The position numbers were made by a program, and so were the translations under genes. The notes under the pieces were generated by a model. The model ran no database searches, had not been told where the DNA came from, and worked only from the letters and a program-made list of their open reading frames with translations. Shown piece after piece: positions 27,076 through 36,416 of a stretch of DNA of 64,000 nucleotides (the stretch's first letter is position 1; each line of letters begins with the position of its first letter). This stretch comes from a virus (taxonomy: Duplodnaviria; Caudoviricetes): IMG/VR virus record IMGVR_UViG_2825118518_000002, positions 50,217-114,216 of that record; one strand, 5' to 3'.

Positions 27076-28562
27076 GTGGCGAGCGCCGTGGTTTCGATCC
27101 ACGCCCCGTTCAGGCTGGTTTTCACCGGCGCCGACCAGGAGAGTTCGAACACCCGATCTCGAGCGTTGCCAAGACTGCGCCATTGCGGCGATATCAGATG
27201 CTGGCCGCCGGAGCCCATGGACTGGATTACCGGATTGCCGAAGGAGGCGCCTCGGTTATCGCTCCACCGAAGGGAGAGCTTCCATGGATCGCTGGTCATG
27301 TTGCCGCCGGTCTGCCCGACCTCGATATCGGCGACGAACTGGTTGTACTGGACGCGCTTGCCGTTGTTGACGACATGCGGGAAAGTCCGAATGCGCGGGA
27401 TCGGAACAGTGCCGTCGAGATAGAAGGACTGATCGTAGACGTAGAGCGCGCCGTTCTGATAGTCGCCGACAAGCCCCTGATTATAGGCGAAGGCGAAGCA
27501 GTTACCCCGATGCCGGGCGAGATTGCCGTTGCCGTCGATCGATGCCCGCTCATGCCATTGTCCGGTGGCGAGTTCATAGGCCCATGTCCTATTGGCATCC
27601 GGGAAGGTCAGGACATAAAAGGCGTGGCCGTCGATCTGGTGGCAATAGCCGATCCCGTCCGAAATGACGTTGTAGCCCTGGATATCGGCCTCGATCGCGT
27701 GGGTGGAGATGCGCTTGACGCCATAGCCATCGGAGCGAACCACGACCGCCTTTCCCTGCCGGTCCATCGCCAGCCAGAACAGATAGATATCCTGCTGAGA
27801 CAGGGAGTATGGAGCGGCACAGCCATGATCGCAGAACGCGCCCTGGATGCGGCCGAAGGTGAAATCCGCGGCTCCGGTGTTGGCCCAGATCTCCGACGTC
27901 AATTCACCGATCAGCCACAGCTCGCCATGGATCGCGGCCACCGCCACGACGTCATCGGCCGATCCGGTCTTGGCGGCGATGTCGAGCGCGTCAAACCCTG
28001 TCCCACCGATCAGCATGGCATAGGTGACGTTCGACACCGAGATATAGAATTGCGCCGTGCCGGGCCGGTTGAGGATGAAATAGGTGTCCAGATAGGTCAC
28101 CCACGTCCCGCCGTAGAAGTTCGTCGCCGAGATCGTCCCGAAAGCCGACGACGACATGTCGATGGCATAGCTGGTCGCTGTCCCATCGACGATGACGATT
28201 GCCAGGCCATTGTCGGCGAAGATCAGCGGGTTGAGGCCGATCGGAACCGTTCCGAGAGCGGTCCAACCGAAGGTATCGGAGATCGCATAGATGACCGTTC
28301 CCGATGGGCCGTTGACCGCGGCGTAGAGCTTGCCGTCGGTTGCTCGATAGGTCGCCCGCATCCGACCGATGGTCGGCGACTGCGAGACCTTGCGCAGCCC
28401 CGGCGTCGGGTAATGGGTGACCGGCACCGGCGGCGTTCCCTCGGGCGGATTCTGCTCCGGGTAGAGGTTGACGCACCGCTGGGCGGCCGCGATAAGGCTG
28501 CGGGACTGGTATGCCCCGCCGAGCAGCGGTAGCCGGGACGACCTGGTTGGCGAACTGGCCAT
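27072..28562 (-). CDS. Packaged-DNA stabilisation/tail hub protein (P22 gp10-like)
   Basis: CVNLYPE, YPTPGL, RISTHAIE, DGHAFYVLTFP, LRWSDNRG..FGN, WRSLG..RDRVFE. Confidence 0.9.
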   Translation of the reverse strand: MASSPTRSSRLPLLGGAYQSRSLIAAAQRCVNLYPEQNPPEGTPPVPVTHYPTPGLRKVSQSPTIGRMRATYRATDGKLYAAVNGPSGTVIYAISDTFGWTALGTVPIGLNPLIFADNGLAIVIVDGTATSYAIDMSSSAFGTISATNFYGGTWVTYLDTYFILNRPGTAQFYISVSNVTYAMLIGGTGFDALDIAAKTGSADDVVAVAAIHGELWLIGELTSEIWANTGAADFTFGRIQGAFCDHGCAAPYSLSQQDIYLFWLAMDRQGKAVVVRSDGYGVKRISTHAIEADIQGYNVISDGIGYCHQIDGHAFYVLTFPDANRTWAYELATGQWHERASIDGNGNLARHRGNCFAFAYNQGLVGDYQNGALYVYDQSFYLDGTVPIPRIRTFPHVVNNGKRVQYNQFVADIEVGQTGGNMTSDPWKLSLRWSDNRGASFGNPVIQSMGSGGQHLISPQWRSLGNARDRVFELSWSAPVKTSLNGAWIETTALAT

Positions 28563-29047
28563 TACGCGAAGTTCCGATGGCCATATTCGCCGTGAAGCGA
28601 CAAGGAGGCGGCGTCATATGCGCGGGCCGCATCTTCCTCATGGTGGTAATACCCGAGATAGGTGCGTTTACCGTGGGCATTGATGTATGCCACCCATAGA
28701 TTGACGCGCTTGTTCAAGCAGACCCCTTTAAACCGCGAATGGTTTCCTTGCCTTGGAAGGACGTTGCATTGGTTCTGCTGCCTCGTCACGATGCGCAAAT
28801 TGGTCTTTCGATTGTCGAGTGTGTCATGATTGATGTGGTCGACCACAAGCCCTTTCGGAGCGTGCATGATAACCCTATGCATCATCAGAACCTGATGAGT
28901 GACGAGAGCTCGAGCTTGCGCATAATGGTTCTTCCCCTGCGGGCAAGCATGCCACGATCTGGCAGCGCCCATGACAATGGCGTAGTCTTCCGCATCGATG
29001 ATGGCTTCGCGCCCCTTAGTGAGGGGAATTCTGATAAAATCGCTCAT
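28562..29047 (-). CDS. HNH endonuclease with AP2 domain (free-standing)
   Basis: IPLTKGREAIID, MHRVIM, VDHINHDTLDNRKTNLR, SRFKGV, LGYY...AARAYD. Confidence 0.92.
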   Translation of the reverse strand: MSDFIRIPLTKGREAIIDAEDYAIVMGAARSWHACPQGKNHYAQARALVTHQVLMMHRVIMHAPKGLVVDHINHDTLDNRKTNLRIVTRQQNQCNVLPRQGNHSRFKGVCLNKRVNLWVAYINAHGKRTYLGYYHHEEDAARAYDAASLSLHGEYGHRNFA

Positions 29048-29766
29048 GGGTCGTACCGGTCGGCAAAAATATTATAGTTGCTGCCGCCCCTCACCAGATC
29101 GCGCGGCATCTGCAGCGACGGGATCTGCGCATTCGAGTTGCGGATGACGTTCAGCGCGCTCTTCGCCAGGCCGATAAGCTGCGGGTCCATCGGCATCTGG
29201 TATTTCACCTTCAGCCTGACAGCGAGGTTGACGCGCAGTGCCTCCTCATATTCCGGAGGAAGATTGACCTCGGAATTGAGGCTCGCGAATGCCGTGAGCG
29301 TGGCCTTGAGCGAGAGGTGGATCTCATACTGGTTCGAGGGCACCGGCCAGATGTAGACGTACCCCAAGGGATAGCCGGAGTCGTAGAACAGGCAGGCCGG
29401 GAAGGAATCCATGCTCTTGAGGGCGATCTGGTTGTAATCCTCGCGGGAATTGAGGATATCCAGCGGATAATCCACCTGATTGCCCGGCACGCCGACTACC
29501 TGCCGGAAGAACGCGGCTTCCACGCGATCCGGACGGGGATAGTTGAGATCGCCGCCCGATCCTATGGAATAGTTCAGCGACCCGTCTGCCTGGAAAGCCA
29601 CGTCGATCAGGTGATAGACAAGCCAGCGCTGGCGCGACCATTGCGCCATCATCGCATTCAGCCGCTTCAGGCCGTCGTTGATGTCCTCGGCAAGCGCCGT
29701 CTGGCCCACGCCGATGGCGCCGGCATCCTTCAGCGCATCATTGATCAGATCGCGGGCCGTGGTCAT
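29044..29766 (-). CDS. Head-tail adaptor (P22 gp4-like)
   Basis: TARDLINDAL..G.IGVGQT..AEDINDGLKRLNAM; LPPEYEEAL. Confidence 0.8.
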   Translation of the reverse strand: MTTARDLINDALKDAGAIGVGQTALAEDINDGLKRLNAMMAQWSRQRWLVYHLIDVAFQADGSLNYSIGSGGDLNYPRPDRVEAAFFRQVVGVPGNQVDYPLDILNSREDYNQIALKSMDSFPACLFYDSGYPLGYVYIWPVPSNQYEIHLSLKATLTAFASLNSEVNLPPEYEEALRVNLAVRLKVKYQMPMDPQLIGLAKSALNVIRNSNAQIPSLQMPRDLVRGGSNYNIFADRYDP

Positions 29767-29999
29767 CAGTTAGCAGCCTTCGGCTTCGGGGCGCGGGTGG
29801 CTTTGGGCTTGGGAGCAGCCTTCGGCTTCGGGGCGCCCTCCCCTTCATTGTCGGCGCCGGAGCGCAGTTCCAGCTTCGGAGGCTCAGAGACGCCCCATGC
29901 CTCAAGCTGCTCACTTTCGCGATCGGCATCCCGCACGATCACCTGCTCGCCCGTCTTCGGGTGGTAGAGCATCTTCGGGTATTCCTGGAATTCTGTCAT
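29766..29999 (-). CDS. Small virion-associated protein (EYPKMLY motif)
   Basis: 77 aa with Lys/Pro-rich tail; coupled to neighbours. Confidence 0.65.
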   Translation of the reverse strand: MTEFQEYPKMLYHPKTGEQVIVRDADRESEQLEAWGVSEPPKLELRSGADNEGEGAPKPKAAPKPKATRAPKPKAAN

Positions 30000-30193
30000 T
30001 GGTCGGTTGCCTTCGGATATCTGACGTCGGGCTGTGCCTCGCCCCAATCCGGGCCAAGAGCTTGCTCTTCCTCGATGGTATCAACCGATCGAGAAACACC
30101 GGTCAGGCGGTTGTAGAGGAGCTTCGGGTATTCACGCGAAGGGCGGCCCGAAGACCGCCCCCCTTTGTTGAGCTTGAGGTAGATCGTGGACAT
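29996..30193 (-). CDS. Small paralogue of 29766-29999 (EYPKLLY motif)
   Basis: 65 aa; start overlaps the HNH-like gene stop. Confidence 0.55.
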   Translation of the reverse strand: MSTIYLKLNKGGRSSGRPSREYPKLLYNRLTGVSRSVDTIEEEQALGPDWGEAQPDVRYPKATDQ

Positions 30194-30846
30194 TATCCGT
30201 CCCTTTTGCGTCTGACATAGACGCGGCTAGTCTTCCGAGGAGGACGAACCATTTTCCGTGGGTCGGTCCATCCGTAGCGGATGCGAGATCGAAGCGTGGG
30301 AATGGGAACCCCATACTTCTTCGAGGCTTCATCCACCTTCATCGGACCTGCTGGCGTGTCGATCAGCCGGCTGTCCCGCCGATTGTCGGCCTGTTCCTTC
30401 GCCGTTGCCCATGTGCAGTTTCCGGGCTCGTAGTTCCCGTTTACTTCCACACGTTCAATCGAGAGGCCGTCTTTCCACGTCGGGCCCATGTCTTCCCAGA
30501 ACGCCTCGAAAGATCTCCAGCGTTCGCACACAGAGATGCCGCGGGCACCGTAAAGATAAAAGCTGTCGTTGTTCTCGTTCTCGCACCGGGCATGCATGTA
30601 AACCCAACTACGATACGCGGGATGTCGGCTTAGACCGTGCGTCGTCTGCCTCTCTGTTTGGAGTGCCTTCGCTAAGCACCCGCAGCTTTTGGACATGCCT
30701 CTCTTGAGATCGGCCGCCCATACGCTCTTTTCAGTCCCACAATCGCAGCGGCAAAGCCAATAAGGCATCTTCCCTCTGCTCTCGTGGAAGCGGAGAACGC
30801 TCCAATTGCCGAAGCGTTCTCCAGTGATATCGACCTTGAAACCCAT
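30193..30846 (-). CDS. Free-standing HNH-type homing endonuclease-like protein
   Basis: DITGERFG, WLCRCDCG, SKSCGC, YGARGISVCERW, SIERVEVNGNYEPGNCTWAT..Q.DN. Confidence 0.85.
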   Translation of the reverse strand: MGFKVDITGERFGNWSVLRFHESRGKMPYWLCRCDCGTEKSVWAADLKRGMSKSCGCLAKALQTERQTTHGLSRHPAYRSWVYMHARCENENNDSFYLYGARGISVCERWRSFEAFWEDMGPTWKDGLSIERVEVNGNYEPGNCTWATAKEQADNRRDSRLIDTPAGPMKVDEASKKYGVPIPTLRSRIRYGWTDPRKMVRPPRKTSRVYVRRKRDG

Positions 30847-30906
30847 GACAAACCTCTCTATTTCTAGATCATTGTTTTATCATGGTTTTATAGCGAAAGT
30901 AAATCG

Positions 30907-32121
30907 CTATACGCGGTCAGCTACGACGACACCCCACTCACCACGCGGCCACGTCCATCCGTAGATGACGTCGAGGCGGGTGGCGAGCTGATCGGTGCCG
31001 ACCACGTAGGCGGTGATCATGCGCATGGAGATGCCATCCTGCTGGCGACGTGCGGCCTCGTGGACGCCCTTCGGCAGGACGAGGTCGGCCGTGGCCATGG
31101 TGACGGCTTCCGGTGCGTAGGCGATGTTCTTGCGGTAGATCTCGCTCGGCTTGCTGGCGAGAGCGAGGGCTGCAGCGTTGGCCGGGGAATCCACCACGGT
31201 CTGGTACTGCACCGCCTGGCCGCCCGAGCTCGGCACGATGGCCGGGTAGATCGGGACAGAAGTCGCGCCGCTGGCGACGTCAGCTGTCACCACGAATTGG
31301 CGAAGCTTGCCGGTGGACTGCTTCGTCACGCGGTTGACGGCATAGACGCCGGCAATGGTGATGATGTCGCCCTTGGTCAGCGTGCCGGTGATGGCATTGA
31401 CGGTCAGCGTGTTGCCGGACTGGCCGGCGCCGTTCACCGTGCCGGCCGTGAAGGTGCCGGAGGTGTGCTTGATGACGGTCTGGTCCATGTACCAATCGAA
31501 CGACAGCGCGTTCTTCATGGAGCCGGTGCGGTACTGCTGGGAGACCTCCTGCGACGGATTGAAGAGACCGGAGAGCGTCGAGACGACACGGGCTTCCGTG
31601 TATTCGTCCATGACGATCTTGCGGCCGGGCATCTGCGGCGCAGAGTTGGATTCCAGAGCGGACTTCGCCTGGAGAACCGTGTCGGCGGTGGGCGAGATGA
31701 TGTTGCCCGAGCCGTCGGTGTTGGAGACGAAGTTGCAGACGTTGCCTTCGACGGACGACATGACGTTGAGAGCGACAGCGCCGGCGAGGTTGTTGATCAT
31801 CGGCATCAGGACGCGCTCGGAATAGTCGTCCAATTTCATCGTGCGCTCGGCGGTGCTGAACGACACGTCAACGCCCTGCTGGGTGGAAAGCGGCAGGGAG
31901 GTGTATTTTTCGGAAGTGTCCTGCGCCTGGAGCGCCGTGCCGGTACGGACCGTGAAGTCGTTCGGCAGGCGGATGCGCAGGCTGTCGCCGATCTTGGCGC
32001 CGTCGACCGCGAACTGCGAATCGTACTGCGTGTCGATGTTCTGGATGAACATGTTGGAGTTTTTGAACAGCGACACCGCGGCGCGCGTGATCATGTCGAT
32101 CGTGAGGATCGAATTTGCCAT
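30907..32121 (-). CDS. Major capsid protein (P22 coat protein family)
   Basis: MANSILTIDMIT, KIGDSLRIRLP, RLDVIYGW; strongly biased codon usage. Confidence 0.93.
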   Translation of the reverse strand: MANSILTIDMITRAAVSLFKNSNMFIQNIDTQYDSQFAVDGAKIGDSLRIRLPNDFTVRTGTALQAQDTSEKYTSLPLSTQQGVDVSFSTAERTMKLDDYSERVLMPMINNLAGAVALNVMSSVEGNVCNFVSNTDGSGNIISPTADTVLQAKSALESNSAPQMPGRKIVMDEYTEARVVSTLSGLFNPSQEVSQQYRTGSMKNALSFDWYMDQTVIKHTSGTFTAGTVNGAGQSGNTLTVNAITGTLTKGDIITIAGVYAVNRVTKQSTGKLRQFVVTADVASGATSVPIYPAIVPSSGGQAVQYQTVVDSPANAAALALASKPSEIYRKNIAYAPEAVTMATADLVLPKGVHEAARRQQDGISMRMITAYVVGTDQLATRLDVIYGWTWPRGEWGVVVADRV

Positions 32122-32306
32122 GTTTCGGGTTCCTTGAAGCTATGGCCCTGTGGCCGTGCTGGGAGAGGGATCGCAGTCCTTTCGCTGCGATGTGCTTGCG
32201 GAGCCCGAGTGCCGCGTATTCCATGCTGGGCGATGCCTGGATATCGGACCAGTGACCGAAAGAGCCCCGGATTGCCTGCCGGGTCAGGTTCATGCGGTTG
32301 CGATGA

Positions 32307-33176
32307 TCAGCGCTTCAGTTTCTTCGCCATCATCGCGTGGTAGTCCCTGCTCCATGTTTCCTGATCAACGTCAGGATCATCGATGGCAGTCGTGGTTTTC
32401 GCCGATCCTCCGACCGGCGTCACCGGCGGGGGAACCTTGGAAATTGGCTTCGGTGCGGGTGTGGCAGGCTTTGCGAGCTTGTCGCCCATTCGCGCGATCT
32501 CCAGCGCCATCTTCACCGGCGACAGAGACAGGATGCGCTCCGCCTCTGCCGGGTTGCGGCCGAGTTCGGCAAAGACCTGATGGCCGTTGTCGAGTTCGGT
32601 GATCGCATCGAGGAATTCCGGCTTGGTGTTGATCTCGTGCCCGAAGGCCGAGACCAGAGAGACGCGAGCATCGTCGAAGTCGGGGATATCGGCGACACCC
32701 TTTTCGAAGGTGGCGTTGCAGGCGGCGTTTCGCCTTGCGATCTCGGCGTTGACTGTTTCCTCGCGTCGGATGGCTTCCCGTTCCTGCCGGCGGATTTCTT
32801 CGATGGATGGCGGGGTGCCATCTGCCGGGGTTTCGGTTGGTGCTGCTCCGCCGCGAGCGCGAGCGAGTTCCGCCTCGAGTTCACGAGCGCGCTGTTCGGC
32901 TTCCCGACGCTTGTTCGTCTCCTCGTGGATACGCTTCATTTCCCATGACAGCGGCTTTTTCTGCTGCGGCTTGGGAGTTTCGGGCTGCTGCTGTTCTTCG
33001 GCGCCGGCTGTGGCTTCGGAGCCTTGTCCTTCACCTTCGCCGCCTTCGGTGTTTTCACCTTGGCCGGCGTCTGTATTGAGTTCGTCATTGTTCAGCTCCG
33101 GTGCTGCTTCGTTACCCGGATTGGCCGCAGCTTCGCCTTCCGGCTGGCCCTGCGTGGCCGTCAGAGAGTTGTCCAT
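32307..33176 (-). CDS. Scaffolding protein
   Basis: Acidic N-terminus, coiled coil, KPISKVPPPVTPVGG C-terminus; directly upstream of the coat gene. Confidence 0.8.
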   Translation of the reverse strand: MDNSLTATQGQPEGEAAANPGNEAAPELNNDELNTDAGQGENTEGGEGEGQGSEATAGAEEQQQPETPKPQQKKPLSWEMKRIHEETNKRREAEQRARELEAELARARGGAAPTETPADGTPPSIEEIRRQEREAIRREETVNAEIARRNAACNATFEKGVADIPDFDDARVSLVSAFGHEINTKPEFLDAITELDNGHQVFAELGRNPAEAERILSLSPVKMALEIARMGDKLAKPATPAPKPISKVPPPVTPVGGSAKTTTAIDDPDVDQETWSRDYHAMMAKKLKR

Positions 33177-33390
33177 GTTTCACCATGTCGAGAGCCCTGT
33201 GTGCCGCACAGGTACGGAGCCACAGATTACCCGCTGTGTCGGGAACTGGTCTTGACGTCCATGCAGTGCGGCCAGCGCTCAGCGTCATAGGCGAGCTGCT
33301 GGACCTCTTCCATGCGATCGTCGATCGGCTGCGGTTGCCGCTTCTGGACGCCCATCGCGCGGGCTGTGTTGCCGATACCGGAGAAGGCCA

Positions 33391-33711
33391 TCAGCTTGCG
33401 TCCACCACGGCGCACTTCTGGCCAGGCTTTGCAGCCCAGTCGCGGGTAGCGCCCGCCGGGACGAGGTAGTGGGTTCCAGCGACCGCCGTTGGATTGGTTC
33501 CGAAAGCCACCCATACATTACCGAGCGCTGTGATGATCCAATAGTGCTGGCGGCCATCATCCGGGCAAGTGATCGAAGCCTGTGCTGACGCCGCGCTTGA
33601 AGCGACGGTCGTCGAAAGTGTCGGCTCTGCATCAGCGGACGGCATCACCGCATTGAGGCCAGAACTTGCTTTGTTGCTGACCGATGTCAGCGCTACGCCT
33701 ACGGTTGCCAT
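33391..33711 (-). CDS. Small virion structural protein
   Basis: 106 aa, Ala/Ser/Thr-rich beta protein in the head module. Confidence 0.6.
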   Translation of the reverse strand: MATVGVALTSVSNKASSGLNAVMPSADAEPTLSTTVASSAASAQASITCPDDGRQHYWIITALGNVWVAFGTNPTAVAGTHYLVPAGATRDWAAKPGQKCAVVDAS

Positions 33712-33990
33712 TTACTTCCCTGCCTTTCCGCAAAGGCCAGAGAGCTTCTGCGCCTGTTCCTTGGCCAATGCCTCGACGTCGCGCATCAGGCCCCGGTCCT
33801 TCTTCAGTTCCTCGGCGCGCATCAGTGTGCGCATCGCGTCTTCGGTCTTCCACCGCTTGTCTTCGGCGGCATAGGACGGGCTGACAGACAGGCCTTTCGA
33901 GCCAGACGACTTCGAAACCGTTTTCGCCGGAGCGGCCTTCGGAGATCCGCCGGCCTTGGCAACCGGCTTCATCGATGCTGGCTTTTTCAT
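33712..33990 (-). CDS. Small basic hypothetical protein
   Basis: ATG at 33990 overlapping the upstream stop; Lys-rich N-terminus. Confidence 0.6.
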   Translation of the reverse strand: MKKPASMKPVAKAGGSPKAAPAKTVSKSSGSKGLSVSPSYAAEDKRWKTEDAMRTLMRAEELKKDRGLMRDVEALAKEQAQKLSGLCGKAGK

Positions 33991-34292
33991 TGAAGGGTCC
34001 TCATGGAAAGTGATGGTGTGCCGGCGCTCGACCGTTCCTGAAAGAGCGTCAGGGCATCGTAGATGGCTTCCTTCTCGTGCTCCGACGTGCCCGGCAGCGC
34101 GAGGACGCCGGTCAGGCACTCGATCGCCACCGGGATGTGATCGGTCCAGTAGCGCCGGACGAACTGCCGCTGCGATCCGGCCTGAGCCCTGAACTGATCG
34201 GTGCGGTGCATGTCGTAGAACGCCCCGGCGATTTCCTGGGCCGTGTGCTTGATGAGCTTCGGCACTTCGCCGGCTCGGATCTGGAGAAGCAT
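33987..34292 (-). CDS. Hypothetical protein
   Basis: 101 aa downstream of the portal gene. Confidence 0.6.
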   Translation of the reverse strand: MLLQIRAGEVPKLIKHTAQEIAGAFYDMHRTDQFRAQAGSQRQFVRRYWTDHIPVAIECLTGVLALPGTSEHEKEAIYDALTLFQERSSAGTPSLSMRTLQ

Positions 34293-34319
34293 GGTATGGC
34301 TTGCCCTTTCTGCGCGTCG

Positions 34320-36416
34320 TCAGGCGGCGTTCGCCGGCGGCTGCATCTGCGGCGCCGGTTGCGGCTGTTGCTCGCTGGTGGGCTCCGGTGAACCGCCCTG
34401 CAGCATTTCCGCCATGAGTTGGATGAAGATCGGACGGACCTGATCTGGCGTGATCGCCGGCCCAGAATTGCCGATGGCCGAAAGCCGCTTGGTGTCGGCG
34501 TCGTATTCCTTGATCCGTATCTCGTCGGACTTGTCGTTCAGCTTCTCGTTCAAGGCCGCTATGGCGTTCTGCATCGCCTGCATCTGCTGCTGCATCTGCT
34601 GGACCTCGGGAGGAGGACCATCGCCCTTGATCGCTGCCGGGATGGTCTTTGCCCACCGCTCTGCAAGTTCATCAGCCATCGGGAAGTCGGCAGCCTTGAA
34701 CATCAGGTCACCGGCCACGTTCATGAACTGCTGGTTCTGCGATGCGATCTGCGTCATCGCGTTGAACGCTTCCTGCCGACGGGTGGCATAGCCGGGGCCG
34801 ACATCCGACTGGACTTCATAGCGCCCGACGGTCGGGTTGAAGATCACCGATGCCTTCTGCTCTTCCTGCTCGACCTTCTGATGGGCGTCGGGCTGGCTCG
34901 GATCGATCGTGACATCTGACTCCTCGCCATCCTTCGCCATGATCTTGATCACCCGCTTGGTATCGTAGATCTTCGGGATGAGATCGATCAGGATCTTGCC
35001 GGTGAAGCGGATGGCGATCGCCAGGTTGTCGATGAAATGATACGTGGCCGTGTCGCCCTGGCGCTGGCGCTCATTGATCGCCTTGCCCGATGTGGCGTTC
35101 TCGTTTTGCCCGAACTGCGACTGATACTGCCCCGAGGACATCATCATCTGCTCTTGGGAGAGCTGCATGCCCTGGATATAGGCGGAGGCCATCTGTGGCG
35201 GCTGCTGGCGCTGCGGCGGGGGAATGGGCTGCCCCGTGTCTGTCAGCGCATTGTAGGGCAGCACGGCGGCGTTATCGACGTTGCTCTTTGCCCAGTAGGT
35301 CTCGAGCCCTTCAATGGCCTGCGCCGGCGCGATATACGGGCTCTTCGACTGAAGCGCGACCTGTGCGGTGCCTTCCGAAGCCCAGTAGTTATACATGCGC
35401 TGCGGGTCTTTCTGCGCCCGCGTATGGCCCTTGCGATCAAGCTTGCCCTCGATCACCGTCTCCTTGCCGATGACGCGGACGATCGGGACGTACTTCCCGA
35501 GCCATGGGCGGCTGTCGATAACCGTGCTGCCGGCGATCTTGTACCAGGTGATCTCGTCGGTCAGGATCTCGCGGCGCTGAGTATCCTCGGCCTTCTCCAC
35601 CAGTGCGAAGATGGCTTTCTGGTTATCGTCCATCTTGGACTTGCGGACGATGATCTGCTGGCCGGCTTCCTGGTAAGGCATCGGCACGATGAAGGCGAGG
35701 AGCTCGTCTTTCTTCTGCTCCTTGCGGTAATATTCGCAGATCTTGATCGTGTCTTCGGTGACCCAGGTATCGCCGGCATTCAAAGCGACGTCCGCGGCAT
35801 CCTTGTGGTCTGGATACTCGGCCTCGAACTGCTTGCGCGGCACGTCCTCGAACACGAAGCCATAGCGGGCATCGGACCCATCGGCTTCGGAGATATCCTT
35901 GTCCAGATAGATCGACAGCGGGTTCTTCACCCGGCGGATGAAGATTTCCTGATCGAAGCTCTCTTCCGACACATAGTCGGTGACGATGCGCCAGTAGCCG
36001 ATGCCGCCTTCCACCTGATGCTCGGAAGCCGTGTCATAGGCCTGCTCGGCGTTGGACTGGTATTCGATGTGGCGGACAACCCCCTCGAAGACCTCGGCTG
36101 CTTCATAGGTCGCCCCATCCCCGACCGGCCGGATGTTAACACCGGGCTTGTTCTGCTTGGCGTCGTTGACGATCTGGAAGTTGTGCTGCTGCGTCTTGTT
36201 GATCGTGAGGCAGGGCTTGCCATCACGGGCGCTGACAACTGCGTCATCCCATTGCCAGCGGTTGTCGGAATCCCCATTGGCGAACTTGGTGTCCTCGATG
36301 AACCGCTTGCGGGCGTCGGACTCCCATGTCGAGCACAACTCGGCGCGTTCCTTGGCCTCCTTGACGATCTTTTCGTCTTCGGAAAGCTTGTCGCGAGGGG
36401 CCATCACTTCATCCAT
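34320..36416 (-). CDS. Portal protein (P22-type)
   Basis: 698 aa; QW, PCLTINK, EGGIGYWRI, KDPQRMYNYW, SGKAINERQRQG, LIPKIYDT, GPGYATRRQEA. Confidence 0.95.
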   Translation of the reverse strand: MDEVMAPRDKLSEDEKIVKEAKERAELCSTWESDARKRFIEDTKFANGDSDNRWQWDDAVVSARDGKPCLTINKTQQHNFQIVNDAKQNKPGVNIRPVGDGATYEAAEVFEGVVRHIEYQSNAEQAYDTASEHQVEGGIGYWRIVTDYVSEESFDQEIFIRRVKNPLSIYLDKDISEADGSDARYGFVFEDVPRKQFEAEYPDHKDAADVALNAGDTWVTEDTIKICEYYRKEQKKDELLAFIVPMPYQEAGQQIIVRKSKMDDNQKAIFALVEKAEDTQRREILTDEITWYKIAGSTVIDSRPWLGKYVPIVRVIGKETVIEGKLDRKGHTRAQKDPQRMYNYWASEGTAQVALQSKSPYIAPAQAIEGLETYWAKSNVDNAAVLPYNALTDTGQPIPPPQRQQPPQMASAYIQGMQLSQEQMMMSSGQYQSQFGQNENATSGKAINERQRQGDTATYHFIDNLAIAIRFTGKILIDLIPKIYDTKRVIKIMAKDGEESDVTIDPSQPDAHQKVEQEEQKASVIFNPTVGRYEVQSDVGPGYATRRQEAFNAMTQIASQNQQFMNVAGDLMFKAADFPMADELAERWAKTIPAAIKGDGPPPEVQQMQQQMQAMQNAIAALNEKLNDKSDEIRIKEYDADTKRLSAIGNSGPAITPDQVRPIFIQLMAEMLQGGSPEPTSEQQPQPAPQMQPPANAA

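Noticed and set aside
24533-30846. Group I introns or inteins hosting the HNH genes
   Set aside because: Flanking genes are complete ORFs with their own stops and the HNH genes sit between genes, so they are free-standing.
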